Source: Candidatus Babeliales bacterium
GTDB taxonomy: Bacteria > Babelota > Babeliae > Babelales > JBFXEV01
Length of the DNA stretch: 64,000 nt
Direction of reading: 5' to 3'
Assembly (NCBI GenBank): GCA_963716425.1
Contig: OY970310.1
Coordinates: 1,798,807 to 1,862,806, forward strand
This document shows, one piece after another, positions 45,462-55,331 of the stretch. How positions within the stretch are numbered: position 1 is the first letter of the stretch; every line of letters starts with the position of its first letter. The notes under the pieces are model-generated. The model was not told where the DNA came from. It was given only the letters and a program-made list of their open reading frames with translations, and did not search any database. Position numbers and translations under genes: made by a program.

Positions 45462-46583
45462 ATGGAGGCATTCATGTTTGATTTTTCTCGTATCACCATC
45501 ACTAAATATTTTCTATTAGCAATACTCATATTTCAGTTCTTTGGCCTTACTGCTCAGATGGAACCCATCATAAAAGACGGTCGTTATTTTTATCCAGAAC
45601 AAGCAGATTTAGACCATGAACACATAAATCTTGGCAAAGCGCTCTCATTTCTTGGCGGCAAGCTCCTTTCACCACAAGCATGGGCACAGAAAATTACTAG
45701 TCTATTTTACCCACCAACAGAAGAAAAAATTGACGCAAACGCGGTACTTAACCCAACGCAAACTATCCCAGAAGCACAGTGCACGCAGCCTACTATTACC
45801 TGGATTGGGCATGCAACTTTTCTCATTCAAACAAACGGCTTTAATATTCTGACTGACCCTATTTTTGGCGATGTAAAAATGGGCCCCTTCACGCTCACCA
45901 AACGTGCTATTAAACCAGGTATTGAACTTGATAATCTACCACCCATACATGCAATAGTTATTTCACATAATCACAGCGATCACACTGATACACATAGTTT
46001 GCAAGCACTTGCACAAAAATATGACCCAATTGTGTATGTTCCAGAAGGCAACAAGGAACTGGTTGCAAGCATGGGTTTCACACGAGTGATTGAAAAAACG
46101 TGGTGGCAGCATGATACATTAACGCTCAATAACCAAACAATTACTATCTCATGCCTTCCTGCATACCATTGGTCCGCGCGCTTCTCACTGGGTAGTTATC
46201 GCAAAGCATTGTGGTCAAGCTGGATGATCAGTACTCAAGACACCCAAATATACTTTGCAGGCGATACTGGCTACGGTCCGCACTTTAAAGAAATTGGTGC
46301 GCAGTTTCCTTCAATCGATATAGCATTGCTACCGATTGCTCCAACGCATGTAGATGAAAATGAACATAATCACAGCCATGTGAATGCACGAGAAGCTGTT
46401 GATGCATTTATAGATCTGAATGCACAGTATTTTGTTCCAATGCATTATGGCACGTTCTTTATGAGCAAGAATTCGCTCACCTATCCTCTTGAAACTCTGT
46501 CAAAGTTTTGGCAAAAGAACCAAGAGTTCCTTAAAGATAAGAATGTGCTTATGGCGCAATGCGGCAAAGCGTATACTTTTTAA
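45462..46583 (+). CDS. MBL-fold metallo-hydrolase (Lactamase_B_2 / NAPE-PLD-like) with N-terminal anchor
   Basis: 'ITWIGHATFLIQTNGFNILTDPIF' and 'HAIVISHNHSDHTD' (HxHxDH). Confidence 0.8.
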   Translation: MEAFMFDFSRITITKYFLLAILIFQFFGLTAQMEPIIKDGRYFYPEQADLDHEHINLGKALSFLGGKLLSPQAWAQKITSLFYPPTEEKIDANAVLNPTQTIPEAQCTQPTITWIGHATFLIQTNGFNILTDPIFGDVKMGPFTLTKRAIKPGIELDNLPPIHAIVISHNHSDHTDTHSLQALAQKYDPIVYVPEGNKELVASMGFTRVIEKTWWQHDTLTLNNQTITISCLPAYHWSARFSLGSYRKALWSSWMISTQDTQIYFAGDTGYGPHFKEIGAQFPSIDIALLPIAPTHVDENEHNHSHVNAREAVDAFIDLNAQYFVPMHYGTFFMSKNSLTYPLETLSKFWQKNQEFLKDKNVLMAQCGKAYTF

Positions 46584-46626
46584 TAACTAAAGAGTATGTT
46601 TCTGCTATTTCTATGCAATGTGCAAA

Positions 46627-47220
46627 TTAGTGTTTAACAACTTTGCACATTGGTTTTCCATTGCATATGCTATGTGTTTGCCAATAATCATGGAAGGCTT
46701 TTACACTCGTTTGAACAAATTCAAAATTTTCTGGCGTTATTTCGGGCTTAGATACATCTTCAAGCAAGTGTTTATCCAACTCACCTAGCGCAAAGATTAT
46801 ATCTTCCGCTTCAGTGTGATCTGTGTCAACCCATTCATCGCCAAAGAGCTCAAGACCAAGCCAAAAACCATCTATCCAATCCAAAAACAAATCGGTAATC
46901 TCATCCCCTGGCAACCCCGATTCCTGAATAGCTGTAAAAGCAACCGGCTCATAGTGCTCCTGACTGAGCTCTACTGCCATATTGTTATGTACTAATACAA
47001 GAAGCTTTAGTATTTCCTGGCCATCCTTGTGCGATGTTAAGATTTCATTAAGCTCAAGAAATTCCAACCACTCGTCCTGTGTAACCTCGCGTGGCCCGCT
47101 CTCTATGGCAGTAAAAAATGCCATAAGTTCAAGTAATGAGTAATCAGTATTCTCTAAAAGAAACCCTGAAAGTTGTTCAAGTTGCTCATCCGTCAACTGT
47201 ATAATAAGTAAATGTGCCAT
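46627..47220 (-). CDS. UPF0149 (YgfB/YecA N-domain-like) family protein
   Basis: 'LTDEQLEQLSGFLLEN..YSLLELMAFFTAIESGPREVTQDEWL' resembles the UPF0149 'L..fL.....m.l.eldGflTA..sgP..i.PseWl' pattern. Tandem paralog follows. Confidence 0.5.
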   Translation of the reverse strand: MAHLLIIQLTDEQLEQLSGFLLENTDYSLLELMAFFTAIESGPREVTQDEWLEFLELNEILTSHKDGQEILKLLVLVHNNMAVELSQEHYEPVAFTAIQESGLPGDEITDLFLDWIDGFWLGLELFGDEWVDTDHTEAEDIIFALGELDKHLLEDVSKPEITPENFEFVQTSVKAFHDYWQTHSICNGKPMCKVVKH

Positions 47221-47235
47221 GAGTTCTCCCTTAAT

Positions 47236-47847
47236 TTATTCTGTTTTGGATTTGGGCATATCAATTTTTGCAATCACACAATGAGGCTTGCCTTCACATG
47301 CGCGATGCTTTACCCAATAATCATGGAATGTTTTTACGTTAGCTTGCACTGTTTCGATATCGGCATTGCTCACCGTGCGTGTTTCATCATCATACAAATA
47401 TTTTGCCACTTTAATAATAGAGCCCATCATGATAGCCGATTCCATATGATCAGGCTGTACCCAATCCCGACCCACTAAATCCATGCCCAGCAAAAAACCA
47501 TCTATCCAATCCAAGAAAAGATCGGTCATTTCATCTGCAGGCATGTTGGATTCTTGTATGAGAGTAAGCGCAACCGGCTTATACTTCTTTTCTCTCAATT
47601 CCGCTTGTACATTATTAAATACCTTAGAAAGGCTTGCAATTATTTCTTGCGACTCTTTTTGCGAACTGAATGATTTTGCGATATCAAGTCGCTCCAGCAA
47701 CTGGTTGAATGCAATAGGTCGCGGACTGCTAATAATTGCAGTAAAAAAACCCATCAGCTGCAGCAGAGAATAGTCAGTCCTTTCTACGAGAAAGGTAGTC
47801 AGTCGTTCAACTTGTCTATCAGTTAACGGTAATTGTATATCTGCCAT
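47236..47847 (-). CDS. UPF0149 (YgfB-like) family protein, tandem paralog
   Basis: 'LTDRQVERLTTFLVERTDYSLLQLMGFFTAIISSPRPI', and a shared 'DLFLDWIDGF.LG' motif. Start set at ATG 47847 (MADIQL). Confidence 0.5.
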   Translation of the reverse strand: MADIQLPLTDRQVERLTTFLVERTDYSLLQLMGFFTAIISSPRPIAFNQLLERLDIAKSFSSQKESQEIIASLSKVFNNVQAELREKKYKPVALTLIQESNMPADEMTDLFLDWIDGFLLGMDLVGRDWVQPDHMESAIMMGSIIKVAKYLYDDETRTVSNADIETVQANVKTFHDYWVKHRACEGKPHCVIAKIDMPKSKTE

Positions 47848-47997
47848 GAGTTCCCACATAAGGCTACGTTACGATCGATTCAGCTTTTAGGTATTTTACT
47901 CATTGTACCACGAACAAATCGAGATAGACATAATTCCGTTATCTACCTGTCCATGATAGGCTTAGTGATACTAATTATTTAGCATAAAAGGATCCTT

Positions 47998-49059
47998 ATG
48001 AAGCTGACTGCGCGTTACTTTGCCTCATCACTGAGACTATTTCAGGTAGATACCTACTCTCAATTAGATACTATACATTTTAATAAACCCTGGAGGCACA
48101 CGCTTTGGCATCATAAATGGTCTTTGCTATTCATACTACTTGGCACTATCGCATGGCATTGCTTTTTTACGCTTGTTCCTATTTTGATAGTACATGCTTT
48201 TGATCCTGCTGCCTCTTTTACCTTTGGCTACGTGATACTACTTTGGTTACTTGTAGAAACATTCAAGCACATCACCTTTGCACTCTATGCCTGCACCAGC
48301 ACAATTATTCCCTTGAGCATACAACATGCTGTGTATGCTACGTTACTTGAGAAAAAGCATCCACTTCTCAGCACACCCGGGGCAGTGGTTGCCAAAATAG
48401 AACGCTGCACGCAATCGTATAAAGAATTATTTGAACTTATGGTATTTGAATTAGTGCCCATTTTCACGGGGCTTGTTACTATGATCACTTCTTTTTTTGT
48501 GTTAAACACCAGCCTGGGCATGCTTTCTTTTCTCTGTTTACTGTGCATCTTTAGCATCTCTACTTTCTTGTTTCTCTTAAATCGCTACGCCTTTGAACCG
48601 CACCTTTTACACAAAGATGATCAAGCAAAAGCTGCAGGTCTTGATGGACTTTTAAAAACAACACATACCCATCACAAAGTATCACAGCTTCATAGAGAAT
48701 CATTAACGCTCTCTATCACCTTTTGGTTTGGTTTTTATGGCATCAATTATCTTACCCGCATCCTTTGGGTAGCAAGTGTCTGTATTATTGGCACTTTCTT
48801 GTATGGTCTTGTGCACGATGCGACGCTACACACAATACAAGCAACCACTTTTTTAATCAGCTATATCCATAGCACCAACAAGATCCGCCAAGTAGGAAGA
48901 CGCATAGAACATTTTGTACAGTGCATTATACGAATTAAAGATCTATTTGCATTCATGGAGCAAGTAGATATGCAAAGCTATCTGCCGGCAATTGAAGAAA
49001 AGAGACATGAGAGTGATCAAATACCAGATAAGTCAAAAGAAAAATTACCTGAAACCTAA
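47998..49059 (+). CDS. polytopic membrane protein, ABC-exporter transmembrane-domain-like, no ATPase domain
   Basis: About six hydrophobic segments. The layout and the C-terminal amphipathic 'RRIEHFVQCIIRIKDLFAFMEQ' resemble the end of a type-I exporter TMD. The ORF ends where an NBD would begin. Confidence 0.35.
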   Translation: MKLTARYFASSLRLFQVDTYSQLDTIHFNKPWRHTLWHHKWSLLFILLGTIAWHCFFTLVPILIVHAFDPAASFTFGYVILLWLLVETFKHITFALYACTSTIIPLSIQHAVYATLLEKKHPLLSTPGAVVAKIERCTQSYKELFELMVFELVPIFTGLVTMITSFFVLNTSLGMLSFLCLLCIFSISTFLFLLNRYAFEPHLLHKDDQAKAAGLDGLLKTTHTHHKVSQLHRESLTLSITFWFGFYGINYLTRILWVASVCIIGTFLYGLVHDATLHTIQATTFLISYIHSTNKIRQVGRRIEHFVQCIIRIKDLFAFMEQVDMQSYLPAIEEKRHESDQIPDKSKEKLPET

Positions 49060-49067
49060 ACGTACTA

Positions 49068-50672
49068 TTACTTAACATCAGCCATAAATAATCCATGAAT
49101 CCCAAATGGAATATGGTGCGGCACATATATGCGTGCCACTTCTTTAAAGGTGAAAGCATCAAGCACTAAGAGAAATGATGCTTGTTTTTGTGCATCAAGA
49201 ACAATGGAAAGCACCACCCCATCATCTTCAGATGTTTGCGATGGCGCGCCCACGAATACGGGTTCACCAGGATAACAGTGCTCTTCAAACCATTCTAAAG
49301 CTTGCCCGTTATTCACATTAACTTTTACAAGCCTATCTGCAACAAATAATGGCGCATGCTTTTTGCCATAGGCATAGACATAGGAATATGGCTTTGTATT
49401 GTACCGCTCATAATTAATACGTGGCAATTCAATAAAATCATCATACAATGTACTCATAACTACAGTAGCTTGTGTAAGATCAACCGTTAACCGAGTTAAC
49501 TGGCCTGCTTCAAGAATGTCTGTGTCTGGCTCTCCCGTATATAATCTATTCCGCTCTAAATTACCAGGATTTTTACCAGCAAAAATAGTATCTATCGTTG
49601 CTTTGCCAATTCCTGAACCATCAGGATAGGTAATAATATCCATTATAAGAGAATTACCCTGTTCAAATGCATTTACTGTATGAAAAGCAAAAAATGCATG
49701 AGTACTATATGTCCCCTGAATCTTGTTATTAATTCTATCAATAACCACCAGCTTGGTTTGAAGCTCAGGCTCCCATCTAAAATTATTAATAAATGACTTA
49801 TTATTTGTTAATAAATCACGTGGATTAACCACTAAGGGTAACAATGTGAATATTGCATAATGCTCTGTCAGGAAAAAACTATGCATATATGAAGGCTCTT
49901 GTACTTCCACTGATGCAAGAACTTCTCGAGTAGTAGATCCATCTTTGATGCGAAAAAGATTATGCGTACTTACCCGACCAAATTGAGTAAAATACCCTAA
50001 ATGCTCTTTACGTTCTTTATCATAATGTGGATGAGCAGTATCATGAATACTGCGCTTTGGCAGCTTATCATCATATTGCAAACCGCCTATGGTGTTTAAA
50101 GTTTTTGGATCAAACTCAATGGGTAAAGGCGTTTCAGTAAGTGCCACCATATGATGCCCATAACATGCAATATTAACATTTGCATTGGGCAATGGATACT
50201 CCTTTCTTATTTTCTTTTCTGGAACAAACAAAGAAAATAATTTCTTAAAATATGACTTACACGGATCTTGTGCAAAACCAGCATATGACATGGTCCCCGC
50301 TTTTTCTACAAATTCATAATCATCAGAGCGCAAAAATCTATTGGCATAGGAAACCTTGCCTTCATGAAATGAAAAAGCATGAATCATTGCAAGCCCATCA
50401 AACCAATTTGAAACCCAACTAGAGCCCTGCGTAAATTTAGCAGGCCCATTACGAAACAAAGTACCAGAAAGCCATGCAGGAAAATGTCCGCTAACAGATA
50501 CCTCATCAATAGTTATTTCTTGCTCTAATGTGGTAAAACCAAGGCGATAAGTATGCGGAATTTCATTTTTGTAGAGCTCATATGGTGATTGTCTTGACTG
50601 TTTAAACCAAGCAAAATATATACCAATGCTCAACAAAATTATACTCGTTAAAATAACTTGCAACTTTCTCAT
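49068..50672 (-). CDS. carotenoid cleavage oxygenase (RPE65/CCO) family protein with N-terminal anchor
   Basis: 'WFDGLAMIHAFSFHEGKVSYANRFLRSDDY', 'HDTAHPHYD', 'MHSFFLTEHY', 'AFHTVNAFE' and terminal 'HIPFGIHGLF' cover the four-His iron ligand regions. Confidence 0.8.
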   Translation of the reverse strand: MRKLQVILTSIILLSIGIYFAWFKQSRQSPYELYKNEIPHTYRLGFTTLEQEITIDEVSVSGHFPAWLSGTLFRNGPAKFTQGSSWVSNWFDGLAMIHAFSFHEGKVSYANRFLRSDDYEFVEKAGTMSYAGFAQDPCKSYFKKLFSLFVPEKKIRKEYPLPNANVNIACYGHHMVALTETPLPIEFDPKTLNTIGGLQYDDKLPKRSIHDTAHPHYDKERKEHLGYFTQFGRVSTHNLFRIKDGSTTREVLASVEVQEPSYMHSFFLTEHYAIFTLLPLVVNPRDLLTNNKSFINNFRWEPELQTKLVVIDRINNKIQGTYSTHAFFAFHTVNAFEQGNSLIMDIITYPDGSGIGKATIDTIFAGKNPGNLERNRLYTGEPDTDILEAGQLTRLTVDLTQATVVMSTLYDDFIELPRINYERYNTKPYSYVYAYGKKHAPLFVADRLVKVNVNNGQALEWFEEHCYPGEPVFVGAPSQTSEDDGVVLSIVLDAQKQASFLLVLDAFTFKEVARIYVPHHIPFGIHGLFMADVK

Positions 50673-50877
50673 TCATTTCCCTACATCATGCGATTAATAC
50701 ATATTAAAATATTAGCATATCATATTCCCATTCTTTCTTACACTTGGATTGCATAGAAGCTCTGCATAAAAGCTGTAACTAATTTTTCATTATTAGAAAA
50801 AACGCTATACATAGTCATCTACCTTGATAAACTGGAAACATAAAGATGATGCTCTTAACTGTTTTGGAAAACAGGTC

Positions 50878-51900
50878 ATGAAAAAAACAACTATTTTAAT
50901 ACTATTTGTAGGTTTTCTCTGCCTTCTTGCAGGGCTAATTTATCTCAAGAAAACTCATAAACCTACTCATCTTGAAAATGCAGTTTCTATTTTCTATGAA
51001 CTCATGCCGCAAGTAAAAATTGAAACGATTACACCTCTTACGGGAGGAGCTTCTGGATCAGGCATTTATAAAGTTACTGCTGATAATCGCTCATATATTC
51101 TTCGCATCTTAGATCCCAATAGAGCACAGCAATCTATACAGCGTGAATTGAGTATTAATCAGCTAATGTCTGAGCTTGGTATTGCTCCTACCATCTATGC
51201 AAGTTCCATTGAACAAAAAGCATTCATTATGCAAGAGGTTACAGGTACTTCTTTATGGGGGCTTCATCTTACGCCTCATGAGATTAAAGATCTGGCTGAC
51301 AAACTCAGACTCATTCATCAACCTTACCCTCAGTTGATGCAAAAGCAAGTGACCCCAAGAGAGATTGCCGAACGTATTGTAAAAAAACATACTGAACTGC
51401 CATTAGCTTTTCAGGAAGCTCTTATAAAGCATGAACCGCATTTTAAAATCTTAGAAACCAAAAAATATGTGCTGACTCACACAGATTTAAACCCCGGCAA
51501 TATACTGAGAGATAATACTACAGGCACACTCAAAATCATTGATTGGGAGGATGCAACTTGGACCCATCCCTATTTAGATATTGCTACTCTATTTATTTTC
51601 TATAATTTAAATCCACAAGAGAGGGGCATGTTCCTAAAAGAATATGGAATTGATTCTAGTAATAAAAAAGAATTAGATGCTGCATATAAGATTCAAAATT
51701 TTATCTATGCATTGTCTTTACTGCGCATTTCATACCGTTTATCCCCACAAGGAGAAACCCCAAATCTTTCTCAACTAGAGGTCGTTAAACAGCTGTTTGA
51801 GCAGAAAGACTTTGCAAAAATTATCGCAATGTTTAATAAAGATGTTACCTATGCATTGGCACTACTTTTACTTGAGCAATCATTTGAAGAGTTAGATTAG
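50878..51900 (+). CDS. APH/choline-kinase-like phosphotransferase with N-terminal TM segment
   Basis: Catalytic loop 'LTHTDLNPGNILRD' and 'KIIDWEDA' (HxDxxxxN...D). Start set at ATG 50878. Confidence 0.75.
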   Translation: MKKTTILILFVGFLCLLAGLIYLKKTHKPTHLENAVSIFYELMPQVKIETITPLTGGASGSGIYKVTADNRSYILRILDPNRAQQSIQRELSINQLMSELGIAPTIYASSIEQKAFIMQEVTGTSLWGLHLTPHEIKDLADKLRLIHQPYPQLMQKQVTPREIAERIVKKHTELPLAFQEALIKHEPHFKILETKKYVLTHTDLNPGNILRDNTTGTLKIIDWEDATWTHPYLDIATLFIFYNLNPQERGMFLKEYGIDSSNKKELDAAYKIQNFIYALSLLRISYRLSPQGETPNLSQLEVVKQLFEQKDFAKIIAMFNKDVTYALALLLLEQSFEELD

Positions 51901-51994
51901 AATCTTAAATAGCTATTCTCAATCAATCACAGCAATGATATGCTGTATCTATAAAATTATTAACAAATGTGGATACAACATAGGATAACACAAT

Positions 51995-53122
51995 ATGAAT
52001 ATCAAACGCCTAATGAGCACCTTCACATTATGTTTCTACACAACCTTCATTTATAGCATCCAGACCATGCAAGAATTTCCAACAATCTGCTTGACTCCTC
52101 CAACAATTACTTCCAACAATGTTTATGAATTAGTAACGTGCATTCGTCCAAAGCATAAAAATGGTTTTCAAGTCTATGGTGAAATAAAGAATGGAAAACT
52201 TATCATGCATAATTACGGGCATGGTGGTGCGGGTTGGACACAGCTATTTGGTTCAGTTCAAAAAATGGTACAGGAATTTGAAAAGAAGCTTATTGAACAT
52301 CCAGAGTTTAAAGGTAAATCGATCTGCATCATTGGTGCTGGATGCATGGGACTTTATAGTGCAATTTTACTCACACAAAAAGGATATAAAGTCAAAATCG
52401 TAGCACATGATTTCTATAATCTTACTTCACATAAGGCTGCAGGGATCTTTTTCCCCAGTTCTTTATATAGTACAGCTCAAAATAAAGAAGTAGAAAACCA
52501 AGTCAATGAAGCTACACTCCAAGAATACTGCGCAATTATTAATGGCACGCATCAGCTTTTTACTTCTGAAGTGGCCCGCTTTCTACCGGTATATGTAGAT
52601 CTTGAAACAGACTATTCGGGTCTTGATTTTTGGCGAGAACCAGAGTTTGTAACTATTGATTTTGGCACTGGCAAGAAATATTCGATGAAAGAATATATCA
52701 CTATATATATTAACGCAGTTGCTATAATGCAACAATTGCATAGACACGTACAAGCTCTCAATATTCCAACTCAACAAGAATACATTGCATCATTCGACCA
52801 AATTCCTGATCACATTATTATTAATTGCTCGGGCTTAGGAGCTCAACAGTTAAACAACGATGCAGAACTGTATCCAGTACAGGGACACTTGATCACACTC
52901 AAAAATCAACCCAATGTTGAGGCGCTTAACTATATTCTACATACTAAAGTCATACAAGATGGCAAAGAAGAATGGGTATATTTTGTACCAAAAGGTGAGG
53001 GATTATTAGGCGTAACTTTTTTAGTAGGTGAAGCTTCCCTAGATTCTAATAAACAAGAATTTGATCGCATACTTGAAAGAGCACAAGAATATTTTGGTAG
53101 TTACACTAATAATAAGCGTTAA
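51995..53122 (+). CDS. D-amino-acid-oxidase-like FAD oxidoreductase, motif order permuted, with signal/anchor
   Basis: DAAO signature-like 'IMHNYGHGGAGWTQLFG' at aa 70-86 lies upstream of the Rossmann 'ICIIGAGCMGLYSAILLTQKGYKVKIV' at aa 110-136. 'IIINCSGLGAQQL...PVQGHLI' lies further downstream. Confidence 0.7.
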   Translation: MNIKRLMSTFTLCFYTTFIYSIQTMQEFPTICLTPPTITSNNVYELVTCIRPKHKNGFQVYGEIKNGKLIMHNYGHGGAGWTQLFGSVQKMVQEFEKKLIEHPEFKGKSICIIGAGCMGLYSAILLTQKGYKVKIVAHDFYNLTSHKAAGIFFPSSLYSTAQNKEVENQVNEATLQEYCAIINGTHQLFTSEVARFLPVYVDLETDYSGLDFWREPEFVTIDFGTGKKYSMKEYITIYINAVAIMQQLHRHVQALNIPTQQEYIASFDQIPDHIIINCSGLGAQQLNNDAELYPVQGHLITLKNQPNVEALNYILHTKVIQDGKEEWVYFVPKGEGLLGVTFLVGEASLDSNKQEFDRILERAQEYFGSYTNNKR

Positions 53123-53124
53123 CA

Positions 53125-54180
53125 ATGCCAGATGATCAAATTATCCATTTAACACCGCCCTTACTTTCCCCAGACCATATTCAAGAATTGGTCACCTGTA
53201 TTCGCCCCAAACATAGAGATGGCTATCAACTCTACGGTGAACTAAAAAACAATAAACTGATCATTCATAATTATGGGCACAGTGGCTCTGGATGGACGCT
53301 CCTCTTTGGTGTTATAGAACAGGTGATGGATGAATTTGAGCATCAACTTGCTGAACATCCGCAATTTAAAAATAAACCAATATGCGTGATCGGGGCAGGC
53401 TGCATGGGGCGTCTCGCCGCTATCACCTTGGCGCGTAAGGGATATGCTGTCACCATAGTTGCAGAGCAAGTTGAAAATATTGCATCAGATAAAGCGGTAG
53501 GCTTATTTTTCCCGTACACGGCATTTACTCCGGTATATAATAAGTATCAACGAGCCCAAGAAGTTTCATTACGAGAATATAGTGCAATCATCAATGGCAC
53601 ACACCCATTTATAACAGCATCTGCTGCCGAGCGACTACCACAATATGTTGATCTGACCACCAAATATTCACGACTTAATTTTTGGGGACCTCCACGGCTG
53701 GTAACTCTCGATTTTGGTGCTGGTACAAAGCATGATGTCAGAGAATATAACACACTGTTTATTCATACGTTCAACATGATGCAACAAATGCAAGCATATA
53801 TTACTAAGCTTGGTATTAAAACGCACGCGCGCCATATTGATTCATTTGATGAAATTGAAGAATCTATTATTATCAATTGTACTGGATTGGGAGCAGAATT
53901 ATTAAATAATGATGCTGGCCTTATTCCCGTGCAAGGACATTTAATTAAATTGAAAGACCAGCCTGCAGCATGCTTAAGATACATTATACACGTACGTGTC
54001 ATGCAGCATGGCAAACCCGAATATGTGTACTTTGCACCGAAAGCATCCGGTGTTTTGGGTAGCACATATATAGAAGGCGAACGGCAACTTGATGCGAATG
54101 CGCATGAATTTGAGTTAATGCTTGAACGCGCGCGCGACTATTTTGGTCCCTCAACTCCCCTAAAGGCTCGATCGGGATGA
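53125..54180 (+). CDS. D-amino-acid-oxidase-like FAD oxidoreductase, permuted, tandem paralog
   Basis: 'IIHNYGHSGSGWTLLFG' at aa 46-62 lies upstream of 'ICVIGAGCMGRLAAITLARKGYAVTIV' at aa 86-112. The start is 2 nt after the stop of the preceding paralog. Confidence 0.7.
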   Translation: MPDDQIIHLTPPLLSPDHIQELVTCIRPKHRDGYQLYGELKNNKLIIHNYGHSGSGWTLLFGVIEQVMDEFEHQLAEHPQFKNKPICVIGAGCMGRLAAITLARKGYAVTIVAEQVENIASDKAVGLFFPYTAFTPVYNKYQRAQEVSLREYSAIINGTHPFITASAAERLPQYVDLTTKYSRLNFWGPPRLVTLDFGAGTKHDVREYNTLFIHTFNMMQQMQAYITKLGIKTHARHIDSFDEIEESIIINCTGLGAELLNNDAGLIPVQGHLIKLKDQPAACLRYIIHVRVMQHGKPEYVYFAPKASGVLGSTYIEGERQLDANAHEFELMLERARDYFGPSTPLKARSG

Positions 54181-54197
54181 ACGGAAAGGAATAAGAC

Positions 54198-55325
54198 ATG
54201 CACGAAGCACTCGAAAAACGACCCACCTATATTTCCATTGATCTCAATGCACTGGAGCATAATTACCATACCATCACAGAATTTGTCTCCGGCGCACAGG
54301 TAATGCCTATTGTAAAAGGCAATGCGTATGGCCATGGTATGATTCAATGCGCACAACACTTGCAAAAAATTGCTGCTCCCTGGCTTGGCGTGGCACTTCT
54401 TGAAGAAGGCATTGCACTACGCAAAGCAGGTATTACCGTTCCCATTGTGGTGCTTGGTGGCATCTTGCATCGACAAATTGAACTGTTCTTAGAATATAAT
54501 CTTGATATTAATGCAGCATCAGTGAACAAGCTAGAAGCAATAGAGCTCCATGCAAAGCATGAGCAAAAACGTGCCCGCGTGCATCTTGAAATTGATACAG
54601 GCATTGAACGCACAGGTATTCATTACTACAATGCACACAAACTTATTGAGTATGCTGCAAAAACTGCCTGGTGTGACATCGTGGGCATCTTCTCTCATTT
54701 TGCGACCGGTGAAGACCAAGACCTCAGTTTTGCCCGCACACAACTTGCGCGATTTAAAGAAAGCATTGCAGACATTTCTTGTTTGCAAGACAAACCGCCA
54801 CTGCTCCATATGGCAGCGTCGGGAGCTATCCTACAACTTCCTGAAAGCCATCTTGATATCGTGCGACCTGGGCTTTTAATGTACGGCATTGCTCCTGCAC
54901 AGCACCTGCATGGCATACTGGATCTTAAGCCAGTAATGTCACTAAGTTCTCGTGTTGTCTATTTTAAGATAGTCAAGGAGGGAGCTGGCGTAAGCTATGG
55001 GCTGACGTGGAAGGCACCTCGTGACACACGCGTGATTACCGTGCCACTTGGCTATGGTGATGGATACAATAGACAATTTATGCATGGTGGGCACGTGATC
55101 ATCCGTGGCAAACGCTACCCTATTATCGGTCGTATTTGCATGGATCAATTTATGGTAGATATTGGCCAAGATGAAGTTTATAATGATGAAGAAGTAATTA
55201 TTATTGGAGAGCAAGGCCACGAACGTATTACGCTTGAAGAATTAACCGGCAAACTTGATGATGGCAATGCGCGGGAAATTACCACCATGTTTGGTATACG
55301 GCTACCCCGTAAGTTTTTACAATAA
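54198..55325 (+). CDS. alr: alanine racemase
   Basis: PLP-Lys motif 'MPIVKGNAYGHG'. 'GVSYGLTWKAPRDTRVITVPLGYGDGYNR', 'GRICMDQFMVD'. Confidence 0.9.
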   Translation: MHEALEKRPTYISIDLNALEHNYHTITEFVSGAQVMPIVKGNAYGHGMIQCAQHLQKIAAPWLGVALLEEGIALRKAGITVPIVVLGGILHRQIELFLEYNLDINAASVNKLEAIELHAKHEQKRARVHLEIDTGIERTGIHYYNAHKLIEYAAKTAWCDIVGIFSHFATGEDQDLSFARTQLARFKESIADISCLQDKPPLLHMAASGAILQLPESHLDIVRPGLLMYGIAPAQHLHGILDLKPVMSLSSRVVYFKIVKEGAGVSYGLTWKAPRDTRVITVPLGYGDGYNRQFMHGGHVIIRGKRYPIIGRICMDQFMVDIGQDEVYNDEEVIIIGEQGHERITLEELTGKLDDGNAREITTMFGIRLPRKFLQ

Positions 55326-55331
55326 AGGAAA

